This document shows positions 9,812 through 20,117 of a stretch of DNA of 64,000 nucleotides, piece after piece. This DNA comes from a virus. The stretch lies in the IMG/VR virus record IMGVR_UViG_3300021182_000253; one strand, given 5' to 3'. The translations under genes and the position numbers were made by a program. The notes under the pieces are model-generated. The model was not told the DNA's origin. It did no database searches and saw nothing but the letters and a program-made list of their open reading frames with translations. Position 1 is the stretch's first letter. Every line of letters begins with the position of its first letter.

Positions 9812-10063
9812 TTATAGTTCTTCTTCAAGAACTGTAATGGAATTTTCCAAGTCGCCGATTTTCTCTTGAACGATAAAAGATAAATCAGAAATTTCTGCTA
9901 ATAGATCATGAATCTCATCAATAAATTCTCTCAGAGCAGAGACTTCTTCTTCAACTATTTCACGATTCAAAGGAACAACTGTCCTTTGTATTCGTACTCG
10001 TTCATCTGATTTTCGAAATGAAGTATTACTTCCATAACGATATTTTGACAAACAAATCACCAC
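9812..10063 (-). CDS. Coiled-coil hypothetical protein
   Basis: 83 aa ORF with heptad pattern. Confidence 0.5.
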   Translation of the reverse strand: MVICLSKYRYGSNTSFRKSDERVRIQRTVVPLNREIVEEEVSALREFIDEIHDLLAEISDLSFIVQEKIGDLENSITVLEEEL

Positions 10064-10071
10064 CTTCCAAA

Positions 10072-10734
10072 TTATCCCATATCAATTGAATATGGGTCAA
10101 GCTCTAACGGGGTATCCGAAAGAGGCACGTTAATCTGGTACATTGTATCAACTGATTTCCTTCCACTATCAGGAGGGAATCTCTTGGTAACATGTACCCG
10201 ATATTCTCCAGGGGCCAACGCCATCAACCATCGACCCTTTGTATTAGTTCTAGTTTGACTTATCAGGTCATTATTATCATCTAATACTTCTACGTTGGCT
10301 AAAAACAATGGGTCATTTCCACGATTCAATATTTGAGTAACAGAAGATTTTGGACCCTTAGGTTTTGGACCCCTCTGTACACGAGCTGGCAATCTCAATG
10401 TAGACTCGCTCATCTCACCAGAATGCTCAGCGGGTTTAGCTATAAGTGCTCCTTGGCGCTCATCAATCGTAACCCCTTTAGAGGCAGCCATTTCTGCAAA
10501 TCGATTCGTCCTTGGACGACTATCAAAGTTATCTTTATTGATTGTATCTAATGGTAGAACTTTACGTTCTGGTATAACAGATGGCGGAGGAAGAATAGAT
10601 GGAGTCTTATTAAGCTTGCCTAGCAAGATCTTTAATATATTCTCACTATTCTGTTGACGTTTCTCAAGCGTTATAAGCTTGGCCTCTATCGACAATAGAA
10701 TATCAGTAGCTAATCTTTTTTCATCGTCCGCCAC
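10072..10734 (-). CDS. Hypothetical protein with C-terminal prealbumin/carboxypeptidase-regulatory-like beta domain
   Basis: TRTNTKGRW...LAPGEYRVHV pattern. Confidence 0.55.
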   Translation of the reverse strand: MADDEKRLATDILLSIEAKLITLEKRQQNSENILKILLGKLNKTPSILPPPSVIPERKVLPLDTINKDNFDSRPRTNRFAEMAASKGVTIDERQGALIAKPAEHSGEMSESTLRLPARVQRGPKPKGPKSSVTQILNRGNDPLFLANVEVLDDNNDLISQTRTNTKGRWLMALAPGEYRVHVTKRFPPDSGRKSVDTMYQINVPLSDTPLELDPYSIDMG

Positions 10735-10738
10735 TATA

Positions 10739-11773
10739 TTACTCCCCTAGAATGATTCCAAAATCAATCTTGATTCTTTTTATTAACTGAATCCTATCAA
10801 TTTCCAAATTCTCATTCAGAAGAAGATCACTAATAAAATCGCGAACAGTTCCGGCATCCTCTTCTATGTTGACAAGCTTTCCATCCACAATGACTGCATA
10901 GTGTCCTTCGGGAATGGCTGCCGGACATGCAGGTTCCGCAGCAACTTCCTCAGAATCACTCTGATCCTCTTCTTGAACTTCTTCTTCATCTTCGTCATCA
11001 TCCTCATCAGGCGGTGGTCTGACAATTTGCGCCATTTCCTCTGGCCACTCAGTAATCTGACTATCTTCCTCAGCCTCAGACGTCAGCTCAAATTCCTTAC
11101 CACCAATCTCAAGATCTAACTCTGAATACATATTGCTGACTAATTCGCCAATTACAACCTTATCAACCTTTAATGTATCCAATTGTTTTACGATATCAGT
11201 AAATATACCCTTGGGTCCGAATGTATTCTCGCGAAGATTTTTTAGCTCTTGAAGATCTGTAATTTCAGATAATTCTGCAACTACTAAACTCTTTACGTGT
11301 TGTAATCTTTTGGTAAAGAACTTAATTGATTCGGCCGTCTTTGGATTTTTCATATCAGCTAACGGATTAATACCCTGCAACTTCTCAATATCAACCTCTT
11401 CATTATTGTCGATAATTCCGGTTACCTTATCATCATACCAGGCATGTTCAACATTACCAACAGATACAAAGTTATTCTTTGGTGGAATAAACTTATCATC
11501 GTCATCAGCAGACTTCTTGATTTGTTTTCTGAATGTAGGCTTAGTGGGATTGGTTGACGTAGCTGGCGAGGCTTTAACAACTACCGGCTCTCCACTAATC
11601 TCCCTAGTAGAAGGAATATTGCGTCTCTTCTCACTTCCAACCTTAGGAAAACCAAACTCATCATGTAGTAATGGTTGTCCACCAACTTTAGGTTCAATAT
11701 CAAGCCGCTGATATTCTGGCTGCCGCGTCTTAGCTTCTAGCATCCGCTTTACGGAATCTTTTTCATCGGTCAT
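10739..11773 (-). CDS. Acidic hypothetical protein
   Basis: 344 aa with a long D/E tract. Confidence 0.7.
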   Translation of the reverse strand: MTDEKDSVKRMLEAKTRQPEYQRLDIEPKVGGQPLLHDEFGFPKVGSEKRRNIPSTREISGEPVVVKASPATSTNPTKPTFRKQIKKSADDDDKFIPPKNNFVSVGNVEHAWYDDKVTGIIDNNEEVDIEKLQGINPLADMKNPKTAESIKFFTKRLQHVKSLVVAELSEITDLQELKNLRENTFGPKGIFTDIVKQLDTLKVDKVVIGELVSNMYSELDLEIGGKEFELTSEAEEDSQITEWPEEMAQIVRPPPDEDDDEDEEEVQEEDQSDSEEVAAEPACPAAIPEGHYAVIVDGKLVNIEEDAGTVRDFISDLLLNENLEIDRIQLIKRIKIDFGIILGE

Positions 11774-12096
11774 ACCAGCACCTCAGATCTCTTTTCATCT
11801 CGGCTAATCTGCTTCTGTGACTTGACCTTCTGACGTCGATCCCATTCACCAGTCTTCACTAGATTTTCTCTAATCTGCGTCATCACCCTCCGATCAACTG
11901 CTTCTCGGCGCTTACGACGCTTCTTCATGCTCGGCTTCTCAAAAGCCATGCGCTCTTTGATTTGCCCAACTACGCGTTCCCTTTGAAATAATGCCTTGAA
12001 CTTACGGAAGGCATATTCAAAATCCTCTCTTGAGGACCCCTCCACAGTAACCTCAATAGGTCGAACCCAGTTAGGATCTAAAATACTTCCTCTCAT
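11770..12096 (-). CDS. rpsU: Ribosomal protein bS21
   Basis: FEYAFRKFKALFQRERVVGQIKERMAFEKPSMKKRRKRREA. Confidence 0.88.
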   Translation of the reverse strand: MRGSILDPNWVRPIEVTVEGSSREDFEYAFRKFKALFQRERVVGQIKERMAFEKPSMKKRRKRREAVDRRVMTQIRENLVKTGEWDRRQKVKSQKQISRDEKRSEVLV

Positions 12097-13424
12097 AAAA
12101 CATCTCCATCATCTTCTTCTTCGAAATCATCTGTTAAGTCACGCTTCTTAGAACTAAAATCTGAATCAGCATTCTTCTTTTCTTCTAAGACTTGTTTCAA
12201 AGACAAATCAACATTTGCTGCACTAGGGACTTCTCGACCTTCTGGTATAGCAATAAATACAGCATTGAAATATAACTCTTGCAAATGAGCATATGTTAAC
12301 TTATTCTTTACTGACTTCTTTGCAATTGATTCAATCTTCTTAGTTGATAATATATCAGCTAAATATTTATTCAAATACTTTATCGTCTGATCAATATCAG
12401 GCAATGGGAATTCGAAAAAGCTATCAAAGCGCCTTGGCCGGCTCTTGATATTCTCCTCCAAACTTGAAAAATCATTCCCAGTAACAATTGTCAGGATACC
12501 ATCCCTCTTCTGCAATCCGTCCAAAAGCTGCAGAAAATGTCGAACATCAACGGTCTTTATCATTTCCTGAAGGTCTTCGAAGAATAGAAGAGCCGGTGAA
12601 TGTTGCTCAGCATATTCGAACGCCTCTTCCAACAACTCATCAGGATTTGGATGGCCAGGTTGAATCGTTACAGGTTTCAGCTGGGGGTATTGAGCCATGA
12701 TCACTCGCAAGCATGATGTCTTGCCACAGCCACGATTCCCCCAAAATCCGATGCCTCGCCGCCACGGAACCTTCAACTTCTCATAGATTGACTTAGAATT
12801 AAGAAACCCATCTATGGTAGTTACAATACGTTCCTTTAAATCTCCATGAAGGAAAATATCTTCCCATGAAATGCTAGGATCATAAGGAATCGAATCACCA
12901 CCGATTACCTCAATCTCCTGGCTATCCCTCTCTCGTTTGTTTTGCCAAGCCTCATATTCATTGCGAAGATCTATGTAAGTCTTATAATCATTTTTCTTAA
13001 CCAAAACAAAGAAGCTAACCTCATCCTCATTTTGATTTCCCTTATGAAACAAACCGCAATGATAGAATTTCAAATCACCTTTTGTGATGCGAAAGATACC
13101 TACACCAACAAAATGTTCATCATGGTGATCACTCTCCCATGAAGTAATAGCATCTGTATGAATTGCTTGTGTTGATATTCCTGACTCTTCACAAAATTGC
13201 ATAAATGATCCATCGATGCTAATCTTGTTATGAATAAATGGTATCCAATCTCCACAATATCCAGGATCCTTTTCATTCACAAAGAGCATAGCCCAATGCA
13301 TTACTTCTATAAGGCTCTGTTCTGGACGTGCTAATTTGGTATTGTAACCAACAGAAATATTCTGCAATCTAGAAATAGTCAAAGATTCCTGAGCAGAAAT
13401 CTGCTTTTCGGAAAATCGATTCAT
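12093..13424 (-). CDS. AAA+ ATPase (BCS1/FtsH-like AAA domain)
   Basis: GNRGCGKT Walker A, LLFFEDL Walker B, LQLLDG, RPRRFD. Confidence 0.88.
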   Translation of the reverse strand: MNRFSEKQISAQESLTISRLQNISVGYNTKLARPEQSLIEVMHWAMLFVNEKDPGYCGDWIPFIHNKISIDGSFMQFCEESGISTQAIHTDAITSWESDHHDEHFVGVGIFRITKGDLKFYHCGLFHKGNQNEDEVSFFVLVKKNDYKTYIDLRNEYEAWQNKRERDSQEIEVIGGDSIPYDPSISWEDIFLHGDLKERIVTTIDGFLNSKSIYEKLKVPWRRGIGFWGNRGCGKTSCLRVIMAQYPQLKPVTIQPGHPNPDELLEEAFEYAEQHSPALLFFEDLQEMIKTVDVRHFLQLLDGLQKRDGILTIVTGNDFSSLEENIKSRPRRFDSFFEFPLPDIDQTIKYLNKYLADILSTKKIESIAKKSVKNKLTYAHLQELYFNAVFIAIPEGREVPSAANVDLSLKQVLEEKKNADSDFSSKKRDLTDDFEEEDDGDVL

Positions 13425-13663
13425 ATATAATCCCTCGGCTCTCCGTACTTCTTTCCATTAATCATTATCTTGTAATAATTAACAGTAAGACTAAGTGGAA
13501 TCTCTTCAAAAGAGACATCAAGACCAATGCCACTGGCACACCTAAATATATGCTTGGCTATATCTTTCTCTCGATGTATTATGCAATAATCACCATTCAA
13601 CTCTGTACACTCAACATTCATATTAGATGATAAGGTATCAACTATATTTTTTATTTTTCTCAT
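13421..13663 (-). CDS. Hypothetical protein
   Basis: Translationally coupled small ORF. Confidence 0.5.
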   Translation of the reverse strand: MRKIKNIVDTLSSNMNVECTELNGDYCIIHREKDIAKHIFRCASGIGLDVSFEEIPLSLTVNYYKIMINGKKYGEPRDYI

Positions 13664-13863
13664 AATATAAGCATTCCATTCTTGATTATGTTCTTGAATT
13701 TCTTATAGTTGCGCGGCGTATCTCTATTAGCCACTACTTCTGACCCTAGAAGAATCATTGTCTGTCTGGCAGGTATATCTGTCGCTAACTTATGATGACG
13801 AAATGCCCTTGGCTTATTGATGAGCTTTTCCAGATCTGTTTTATTCATACAGATCCAATTCAC
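13660..13863 (-). CDS. Hypothetical protein
   Basis: Coupled small ORF. Confidence 0.45.
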   Translation of the reverse strand: MNWICMNKTDLEKLINKPRAFRHHKLATDIPARQTMILLGSEVVANRDTPRNYKKFKNIIKNGMLIL

Positions 13864-14122
13864 ATCTATTAAATACTGTAGGCCCTACATGCAATAAGCC
13901 ACATAATGATGCATACAAGTCAATAGTTATCATATTCTTAGATACTTTAATTACGTCACCAGAGTTGTATGGATTAACCTTAGACACACCAACTTTAATT
14001 CTTCTTTTGGCATTTTTTGACTGCCAAATACGAAGGCACTCAGGACAACCATCAGGATTTAGGTTGGTCTTTATTGGTTTTTTTATTGCCTTATATGTTG
14101 GGTGTTTTTTGCACTTCAGCAT
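13841..14122 (-). CDS. Hypothetical protein
   Basis: 93 aa, CKKH...CPEC. Confidence 0.5.
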   Translation of the reverse strand: MLKCKKHPTYKAIKKPIKTNLNPDGCPECLRIWQSKNAKRRIKVGVSKVNPYNSGDVIKVSKNMITIDLYASLCGLLHVGPTVFNRCELDLYE

Positions 14123-14211
14123 GGCTATTTAGAACTTTCTCTGCTTTTTTAATATAAAAGTAGACCCTTATTATAATCTAACGTCTCAACTTATAAGGTG
14201 TTGAGCTACCA

Positions 14212-16347
14212 TTACTTCAACAGTTTTTCTATTTTTCGATCATAAGTAGGAGGTGTAACTTCTTTATAGTTAATCCAATTTACATTGGCCCCTTCTGGTA
14301 ACTCCTCGACATTTTTACAATCTGGATATCCCATACATGCTAATTTCAATTTACCACTCATCAATGTTGCATATAATTCATTTCCACATTTAGAACATTT
14401 CTTTCCAAATGGCATCTTCCTTTTACCAAGACACTTAGGATAATTAGAACATGAATAGAATGGTCCGAACCGCCCATCTGGACGAGGCACCATCCCAGCC
14501 CCGCAATCTGGGCACTTTACGCTCTCATCTATTTTTGACTTTTGAGACTTTGGAATTGCCTTTCCATCCTCAACTGAAACATTTACAATTCCATCACATC
14601 CAGCTTTGTACTTAATGCAACCAGCAAAAAATCCGTACTTTGATTTACGAAGAACAGTATCGCCCCCACATTTGGGACATGGGATTCCTGTAGGTTGGCC
14701 TTGGCCTCCACGTGCCTTCTGAAACTCTTCCTTGAACTTGTCAAAGAACTTAGTCATCATAGATAAGTAATCAAGCTTGCCATGAGCAATCTTATCTAAT
14801 GACTTCTCCATCTCCGCCGTATACAAGTAGTCCATGAAGGAAAATATCTCCTTCAAGTCATTAGATACTTGCTTGCCAAGATCAGTTGGAAAAAATCCAG
14901 CAGATGTATTCTTTACATACTTCCTATTTGATATCTTAGCTACAATAGTTGCATATGTTGATGGCCTACCAATTTCTTTACGCTCTAACTCTTCCGTAAG
15001 ACTGGCTTCAGCGTAACGAGGTGGAGGTTTAGTCTGTGACTTCTCCATTTTCACTTTAGGTGGAACCAGATCAACCACATCGCCAACAACAAGTGGAGGT
15101 AAAGTTACATCCTTATCTTTTTTAAGGAACTCTTTAGCGATAAACATCCAGCCCTCATCGCGAAGAATCTTGCCCTCAGCAATCAGCTTGTGATTGCCAT
15201 TGCTTGTTTGTACCGTTACCCTAACCGTATCAAAGACAGCTGGTAACATCTGACTGGCAACGAACATTCTCCAGACTAGATTGTATATTTGTTGTTGGTC
15301 ACCGGTTAGAGCAATCTTATCTGGATGCTTTTCAATATGAGTTGGTCTAATTGCTTCATGAGCATCCTGCGCCTGGTCCCTATTCTTGAACTCGTTCGGG
15401 TCTGATGGAATCTGGAAGCCATTCTTGGAAAGGAAATCTCGAACTTCAATGATAGAATCTGCAGAGTTACGCACAGAATCAGTACGAAGATATGTAATAT
15501 GGCCGGCTTCATACAATTCCTGAGCCGCCTTCATGGTTCTTTCACCAGAAAACTTCAATTTGATTGAAGCCTGCTGTTGCAATGTGGATGTAATCAACGG
15601 CGGAGGGGCTTTTCGTAGCACTTGTTTCGCCTGTACATCTTCAATCTTATATGTTGACACATCTAAATCGGCTTTTATACGACTGGCATCTTCCTCTTTA
15701 TCAACTCTAGTTGGGTATTTTGCTACAAATTTTTCTGTTTTAGCTAGAGTTGCACTGATATTATAAAACGATTCTGGTATGAAGGCTTCTATTTCAGCTT
15801 CTCTATCAACAATCATTCTTAGGGCAACAGATTGAACACGTCCGGCGCTAAGCTTATCCCCAAGCTTTTGAGAAATATAAGGAGACACCATGAACCCAAC
15901 AATACGATCCAAAACTCTGCGAGCCTGTTGAGCGTCATAGAGGTTCTGATCAAACGGACGTGGATTAGCAATAGCTTTTCTGATAGCTTTTTCGGTAATT
16001 TCATGAAATTCAACCCTCTTTAGTGGTTTGTTTAAGCTCTTCAATTGTTCAGCTATATGAAACGCAATAGCTTCACCTTCTCGATCAGGGTCGGACGCAA
16101 CGAATATTTCATCGGCGGTTCTTGCCGCGTCCACAATTGCTTTGATCTTGTCTCGTTTATCAGGGCTGACTTCATATCTAGGCTTAAAACCATTCTGAAT
16201 ATCAACACCAATATCACCGCCACCGTGACCTTTGGATAGATCTATTATATGTCCACCAGTTGGCCTAATTGTGTAGCCAGCTCCCAAGTACTTACTAATA
16301 GTCTTGCTCTTTGCTGGAGACTCTACGATAACAAGAGCATTAGTCAT
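14212..16347 (-). CDS. topA: DNA topoisomerase I (type IA) with C-terminal Zn ribbons
   Basis: LVIVESPAK, ASDPDREGEAI, SAGRVQS, AQELYE, ITYLRTDS, AHEAIRPT; start refined to MTNAL. Confidence 0.97.
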   Translation of the reverse strand: MTNALVIVESPAKSKTISKYLGAGYTIRPTGGHIIDLSKGHGGGDIGVDIQNGFKPRYEVSPDKRDKIKAIVDAARTADEIFVASDPDREGEAIAFHIAEQLKSLNKPLKRVEFHEITEKAIRKAIANPRPFDQNLYDAQQARRVLDRIVGFMVSPYISQKLGDKLSAGRVQSVALRMIVDREAEIEAFIPESFYNISATLAKTEKFVAKYPTRVDKEEDASRIKADLDVSTYKIEDVQAKQVLRKAPPPLITSTLQQQASIKLKFSGERTMKAAQELYEAGHITYLRTDSVRNSADSIIEVRDFLSKNGFQIPSDPNEFKNRDQAQDAHEAIRPTHIEKHPDKIALTGDQQQIYNLVWRMFVASQMLPAVFDTVRVTVQTSNGNHKLIAEGKILRDEGWMFIAKEFLKKDKDVTLPPLVVGDVVDLVPPKVKMEKSQTKPPPRYAEASLTEELERKEIGRPSTYATIVAKISNRKYVKNTSAGFFPTDLGKQVSNDLKEIFSFMDYLYTAEMEKSLDKIAHGKLDYLSMMTKFFDKFKEEFQKARGGQGQPTGIPCPKCGGDTVLRKSKYGFFAGCIKYKAGCDGIVNVSVEDGKAIPKSQKSKIDESVKCPDCGAGMVPRPDGRFGPFYSCSNYPKCLGKRKMPFGKKCSKCGNELYATLMSGKLKLACMGYPDCKNVEELPEGANVNWINYKEVTPPTYDRKIEKLLK

Positions 16348-16525
16348 TATCGATGAGCGCACTCCTGCCGGTATTCTCGACCCCAATTCTGCGGATCAAT
16401 CCATCAATTCGACTAGAAATGTTTCGATACAGAGCGGCCTCTTCATCATCTTCACAGGCAAAAGACTTAAGCATACACTCATTAGAGATGTTTTGTAATA
16501 AATTAGAAGCGTATTTGGCAAACAT
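16340..16525 (-). CDS. Small hypothetical protein
   Basis: Fills the gap between genes; its stop overlaps the topA start. Confidence 0.5.
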   Translation of the reverse strand: MFAKYASNLLQNISNECMLKSFACEDDEEAALYRNISSRIDGLIRRIGVENTGRSALIDND

Positions 16526-16534
16526 ATTATTATG

Positions 16535-17362
16535 CTAAGCTATTGATTCTTTAACAAGCCTAGCCTTACCTTTACGAGCTGAGAATATTTCTCTCGAATT
16601 AAGCTCAAGCACATACAATCTCTCGGCATAACTTCCATCCAAAGTGATGAATTTATCACTGATTAAAGGTTTTCCGTCTAATTTACCAATCCCACCAGTT
16701 ATTATTGTTTTTTCCCATGGACATTTGAATTTACAATCATTATTTACCAAATTAAATACACTTCTATCTTTTATTAATACTTCATGATTATGTTTAGATA
16801 ACGGTACATTAGGATCACATCCGCCATGTACAAATATATATTCTTCTGTTTCATGGTACGCATGTAATGATTTGATAAAATCTAAATGTTCTATTGGAAT
16901 AAATCTAGATAAATATTGTCTTTGTACCAAGTATGGATTATGATTATCTGAATTTATTCTTTGTAAGTATCCAATAATAGATTCTTCACCACCAGATGAT
17001 AACCAATTCTTGTATTCTTCTGCCTTCGTTGGACCAAAATACTCAATAGAATTTAAAAGACCAAGATCATTATCACCACAAAGATAAATAACTTGGTTTG
17101 GATTATCTTTCTGTATCTTCAACATCAGGTCTAATGTCTCATGAGATCTTGTACCGCCCATATAGTTACCAAGAAATATCAGTGTATCTTTTTGCCCGCC
17201 TGTTTTTCTTAGAGGTAGAATACGGCTAAGAATTAGTTCAAGTTCACTATGCATCCCGTTAATATCTGATATCACGTACTGGCAATTATTTGATGGTCTC
17301 CAAAACGACATAACCCTGGATATATCCGGTCGATTCGTGTAGGCTGCGCGAGATAAATCCAA
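16535..17362 (-). CDS. Calcineurin-like/PPP metallophosphoesterase homologue with degenerate motifs
   Basis: VISDING, FLGNY, LCGDND, FVHGG are in PPP motif order but several ligands are changed. Confidence 0.8.
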   Translation of the reverse strand: MDLSRAAYTNRPDISRVMSFWRPSNNCQYVISDINGMHSELELILSRILPLRKTGGQKDTLIFLGNYMGGTRSHETLDLMLKIQKDNPNQVIYLCGDNDLGLLNSIEYFGPTKAEEYKNWLSSGGEESIIGYLQRINSDNHNPYLVQRQYLSRFIPIEHLDFIKSLHAYHETEEYIFVHGGCDPNVPLSKHNHEVLIKDRSVFNLVNNDCKFKCPWEKTIITGGIGKLDGKPLISDKFITLDGSYAERLYVLELNSREIFSARKGKARLVKESIA

Positions 17363-18609
17363 TGAGCGATTTCACTCTCTCCGATGATCAGGGATCTGCA
17401 TACGAAACAATGGCCAAGTGGCTGGCCGGTGGAGGTAAGGTCCACCCAAAGCAAACGAACCCTAGCCTGCTTAGTCTTGGTGGTTATGCTGGCTCTGGAA
17501 AATCAACTTTAGTTTCCGTTCTAGCCAAACAATTTGGCACTTCGATTCGTTTTGCCTTCTGCGCGCTATCTGGAAGGGCCGCCTCAATATTGGGTACCAA
17601 GCTTCGAGCTCAAGGAATCACCTTTGGAGATGGCGGTCACTATTGCGGAACCATTCATCGTCTCATATACAAACCAATTGAAGATGAGACAGGAGAGGTA
17701 GTCTTCTGGGCAAAGAACCCAAAACTAGATTTCGATGTAATAATACTTGATGAAGCTTCAATGATATCAGCAGATATTTTCAGAGATCTTTCTTCATACG
17801 GTATAGACATCCTCGCGGTTGGTGATCATGGACAACTTCCACCAATCGAAGGTAGATTTTCATTGATGCAGGAGCCTATTCTGCGTCTAGATAAGATCCA
17901 TCGGCAAGCTCAAGACAATCCAATTATCAATTTATCGATGGTGATTAGAGAAACTGGTAAAATACCAAAGTCATTAGCTGATAATAAACATATATCAATC
18001 GTACCAAAGTCTGAATCAGTGGATTTCCTACGTCAAGTATATAAGGGGAAACAAGATCCTGAGGATATACTTGATTCAGCCGTACTCTGCTATAAGAATG
18101 CTACAAGAGTAATGCTTAATACAATGATTAGGAATGTTGTATTTGGTAATATAAGCAAGATTCCACTATCAAATGACCTAGTTATATGTCTAAGAAACGT
18201 TACAAATAAAAATTCAAAGGAACCACCTATGTACAATGGGTACCGTGGATACTTTGAATCGGGGGTTACTAAAATAGACAATGATTTCTGGTCAGCTAAA
18301 ATCAACTTCCCATATGAAGGAATAAAGGTAAAGGTCAATAATATTTGCAAACATCAATTTGGATTCCAGAAAACATTCAGTTCATTTGAAGAACTGGCAC
18401 AGTTCGGAATGGAAGTTAATCATTGGAATGATGTTGGACTACTATTTGACTATGGATACGCCCTTACTGTCCACAAAATGCAAGGCAGCCAGGTCGGAAA
18501 CGTCATTTTATTCAACGAAAGACCAGCTCCAGTTAGCGAGGACAACTATCGCCGTTGGCTTTACACCGCTGTGACCCGCAGTACCGACAAACTAACAATC
18601 ATCCCTTGA
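17362..18609 (+). CDS. SF1B RecD2/Dda-like ATP-dependent DNA helicase
   Basis: GYAGSGKS, IILDEASM, VGDHGQLPP, IHRQA, YALTVHKMQGSQ, WLYTAVTRS. Confidence 0.93.
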   Translation: MSDFTLSDDQGSAYETMAKWLAGGGKVHPKQTNPSLLSLGGYAGSGKSTLVSVLAKQFGTSIRFAFCALSGRAASILGTKLRAQGITFGDGGHYCGTIHRLIYKPIEDETGEVVFWAKNPKLDFDVIILDEASMISADIFRDLSSYGIDILAVGDHGQLPPIEGRFSLMQEPILRLDKIHRQAQDNPIINLSMVIRETGKIPKSLADNKHISIVPKSESVDFLRQVYKGKQDPEDILDSAVLCYKNATRVMLNTMIRNVVFGNISKIPLSNDLVICLRNVTNKNSKEPPMYNGYRGYFESGVTKIDNDFWSAKINFPYEGIKVKVNNICKHQFGFQKTFSSFEELAQFGMEVNHWNDVGLLFDYGYALTVHKMQGSQVGNVILFNERPAPVSEDNYRRWLYTAVTRSTDKLTIIP

Positions 18610-18633
18610 CAGAAAAAATCGAGTATTTAGATT
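18606..18633 (+). promoter_or_regulatory. sigma70-like promoter for hsp20
   Basis: TTGACA-N16-TAGATT upstream of a GGAG RBS and ATG at 18672. Confidence 0.5.
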
Positions 18634-18671
18634 GCCTTCTGTTCAGAGAAAGATTTGAACGAGGAGATATT

Positions 18672-19016
18672 ATGATTAAGAATATTTTTGATGCATTCAA
18701 TGCCATTGATGAGGCTATTAATGCTGGTGTTGAAAATGTCGTAGCCTTTACACGTAAAGTAAAGGACAACGGAAATAGTTATTCATTGAAAATTGACCTA
18801 CCTGGTTTCGAAAAAGATGAAATAGAAATTGATATCATTGAAGATATATTAAACCTAAAAGCAAAAAACGCTGAGGATAGTAAGTCTTTTTCATTCTATA
18901 TTCCAAGTGATATCAATAAGGAAGCTGTTGAGGCTTCCTTAAAGAATGGTCAACTTACTATAACTTTACCAAAGATAGTAAAATCTACAAATACAAAGAA
19001 GGTTAGAATTACATAA
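18672..19016 (+). CDS. Small heat-shock protein Hsp20/alpha-crystallin
   Basis: IDLPGFEKDEIEI...ASLKNGQLTITLPK. Confidence 0.9.
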   Translation: MIKNIFDAFNAIDEAINAGVENVVAFTRKVKDNGNSYSLKIDLPGFEKDEIEIDIIEDILNLKAKNAEDSKSFSFYIPSDINKEAVEASLKNGQLTITLPKIVKSTNTKKVRIT

Positions 19017-19017
19017 A

Positions 19018-20115
19018 CTACCAAGAAGCTTCAACCATTTGAATACTTAACTCGCTTATCTTCTTCATATTTGGAGTATTTGGGAGTGGTGATGATGCAT
19101 AAAGAGTATCAATCTCTTTAGTTTGTTTATCAAACCACTCCATTAACTCAAAGAATGTCCATGCACCATTACGAATAGACAGAAGCTCTTCTGCATCTGG
19201 CCTACGTACACGCATAATACCATCAGTCATTAATTCCTTGCAGCATCTAGAGAGGCGCACAAGGTGCATGGCATGCTTACAATCGAAACCAAACTTAGCC
19301 TCTAGCTCTGCGCGAGCTGGGTTTCTATTCTTCTCCCAATCATTGAAGTGCTGCCAATCCCGCAGGCGGTTAGTATACAGCCTTTCCTTATCTAGGAATT
19401 CAATAAAGTTAGTTGAGAAACCAAGACTGTTAGCTGCAGCCAACCAAATCTTATCATCCACCTCCTCCACGCTCCAATTGGTAATCTCAGTAATACGACG
19501 TAGGAATTCATCCTGTATTTCTTGACGTACAGATGGCGTTAGACTCTCCATCTCATGCCAATTCCACTCATCACAGCGCCTTTTGACAGCTGCATTGGCA
19601 GCCATAATCTGATCGGTTGGGATGACAGTCCTAGAAGGCAATCCAAATTCCTCCCGAGTAGGCTGATGAGTTATGGGGTTTAATAACCACCGCCGATGAG
19701 TAAGAATTCTCTTCATCTGAGCATTAGCATATCCTTGGAAGGTAAACTTAACTCTCTTAGATAGAAAAAACTTCCTGCTATCAAGTAGCATTTGTCCTAT
19801 TTTAGATACGTGGAAATGGTCCTGCTCATCAGTAAATATGATTTCAAGAGCATTTGGATTACATTCCGATGCCAACTTGAGGAACTTGCGCAATTCAAAT
19901 ATAACCAAATCAGGATCTTTAGAGGTGGCTTGTTCGAAGTTATTGGTCATTCCTAAGTAGTATTCCTTAGGAGCAATTGCAATACCACGAATATCCAAAT
20001 CACTAGCTGGAGTTGATGTGCCATAGCACTGACTCCCGTGCCGTGTAAGATAGATAGTTCTTTCCCTAAGCCAATCAAGATTACCTATATATGTAGACCA
20101 ATCAAAATCTAACAT
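19018..20115 (-). CDS. Pol-beta superfamily nucleotidyltransferase (phage type)
   Basis: HGSQCYGTSTPASDLDIRG; KHAMHLVRL. Confidence 0.88.
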   Translation of the reverse strand: MLDFDWSTYIGNLDWLRERTIYLTRHGSQCYGTSTPASDLDIRGIAIAPKEYYLGMTNNFEQATSKDPDLVIFELRKFLKLASECNPNALEIIFTDEQDHFHVSKIGQMLLDSRKFFLSKRVKFTFQGYANAQMKRILTHRRWLLNPITHQPTREEFGLPSRTVIPTDQIMAANAAVKRRCDEWNWHEMESLTPSVRQEIQDEFLRRITEITNWSVEEVDDKIWLAAANSLGFSTNFIEFLDKERLYTNRLRDWQHFNDWEKNRNPARAELEAKFGFDCKHAMHLVRLSRCCKELMTDGIMRVRRPDAEELLSIRNGAWTFFELMEWFDKQTKEIDTLYASSPLPNTPNMKKISELSIQMVEASW

Positions 20116-20117
20116 GA

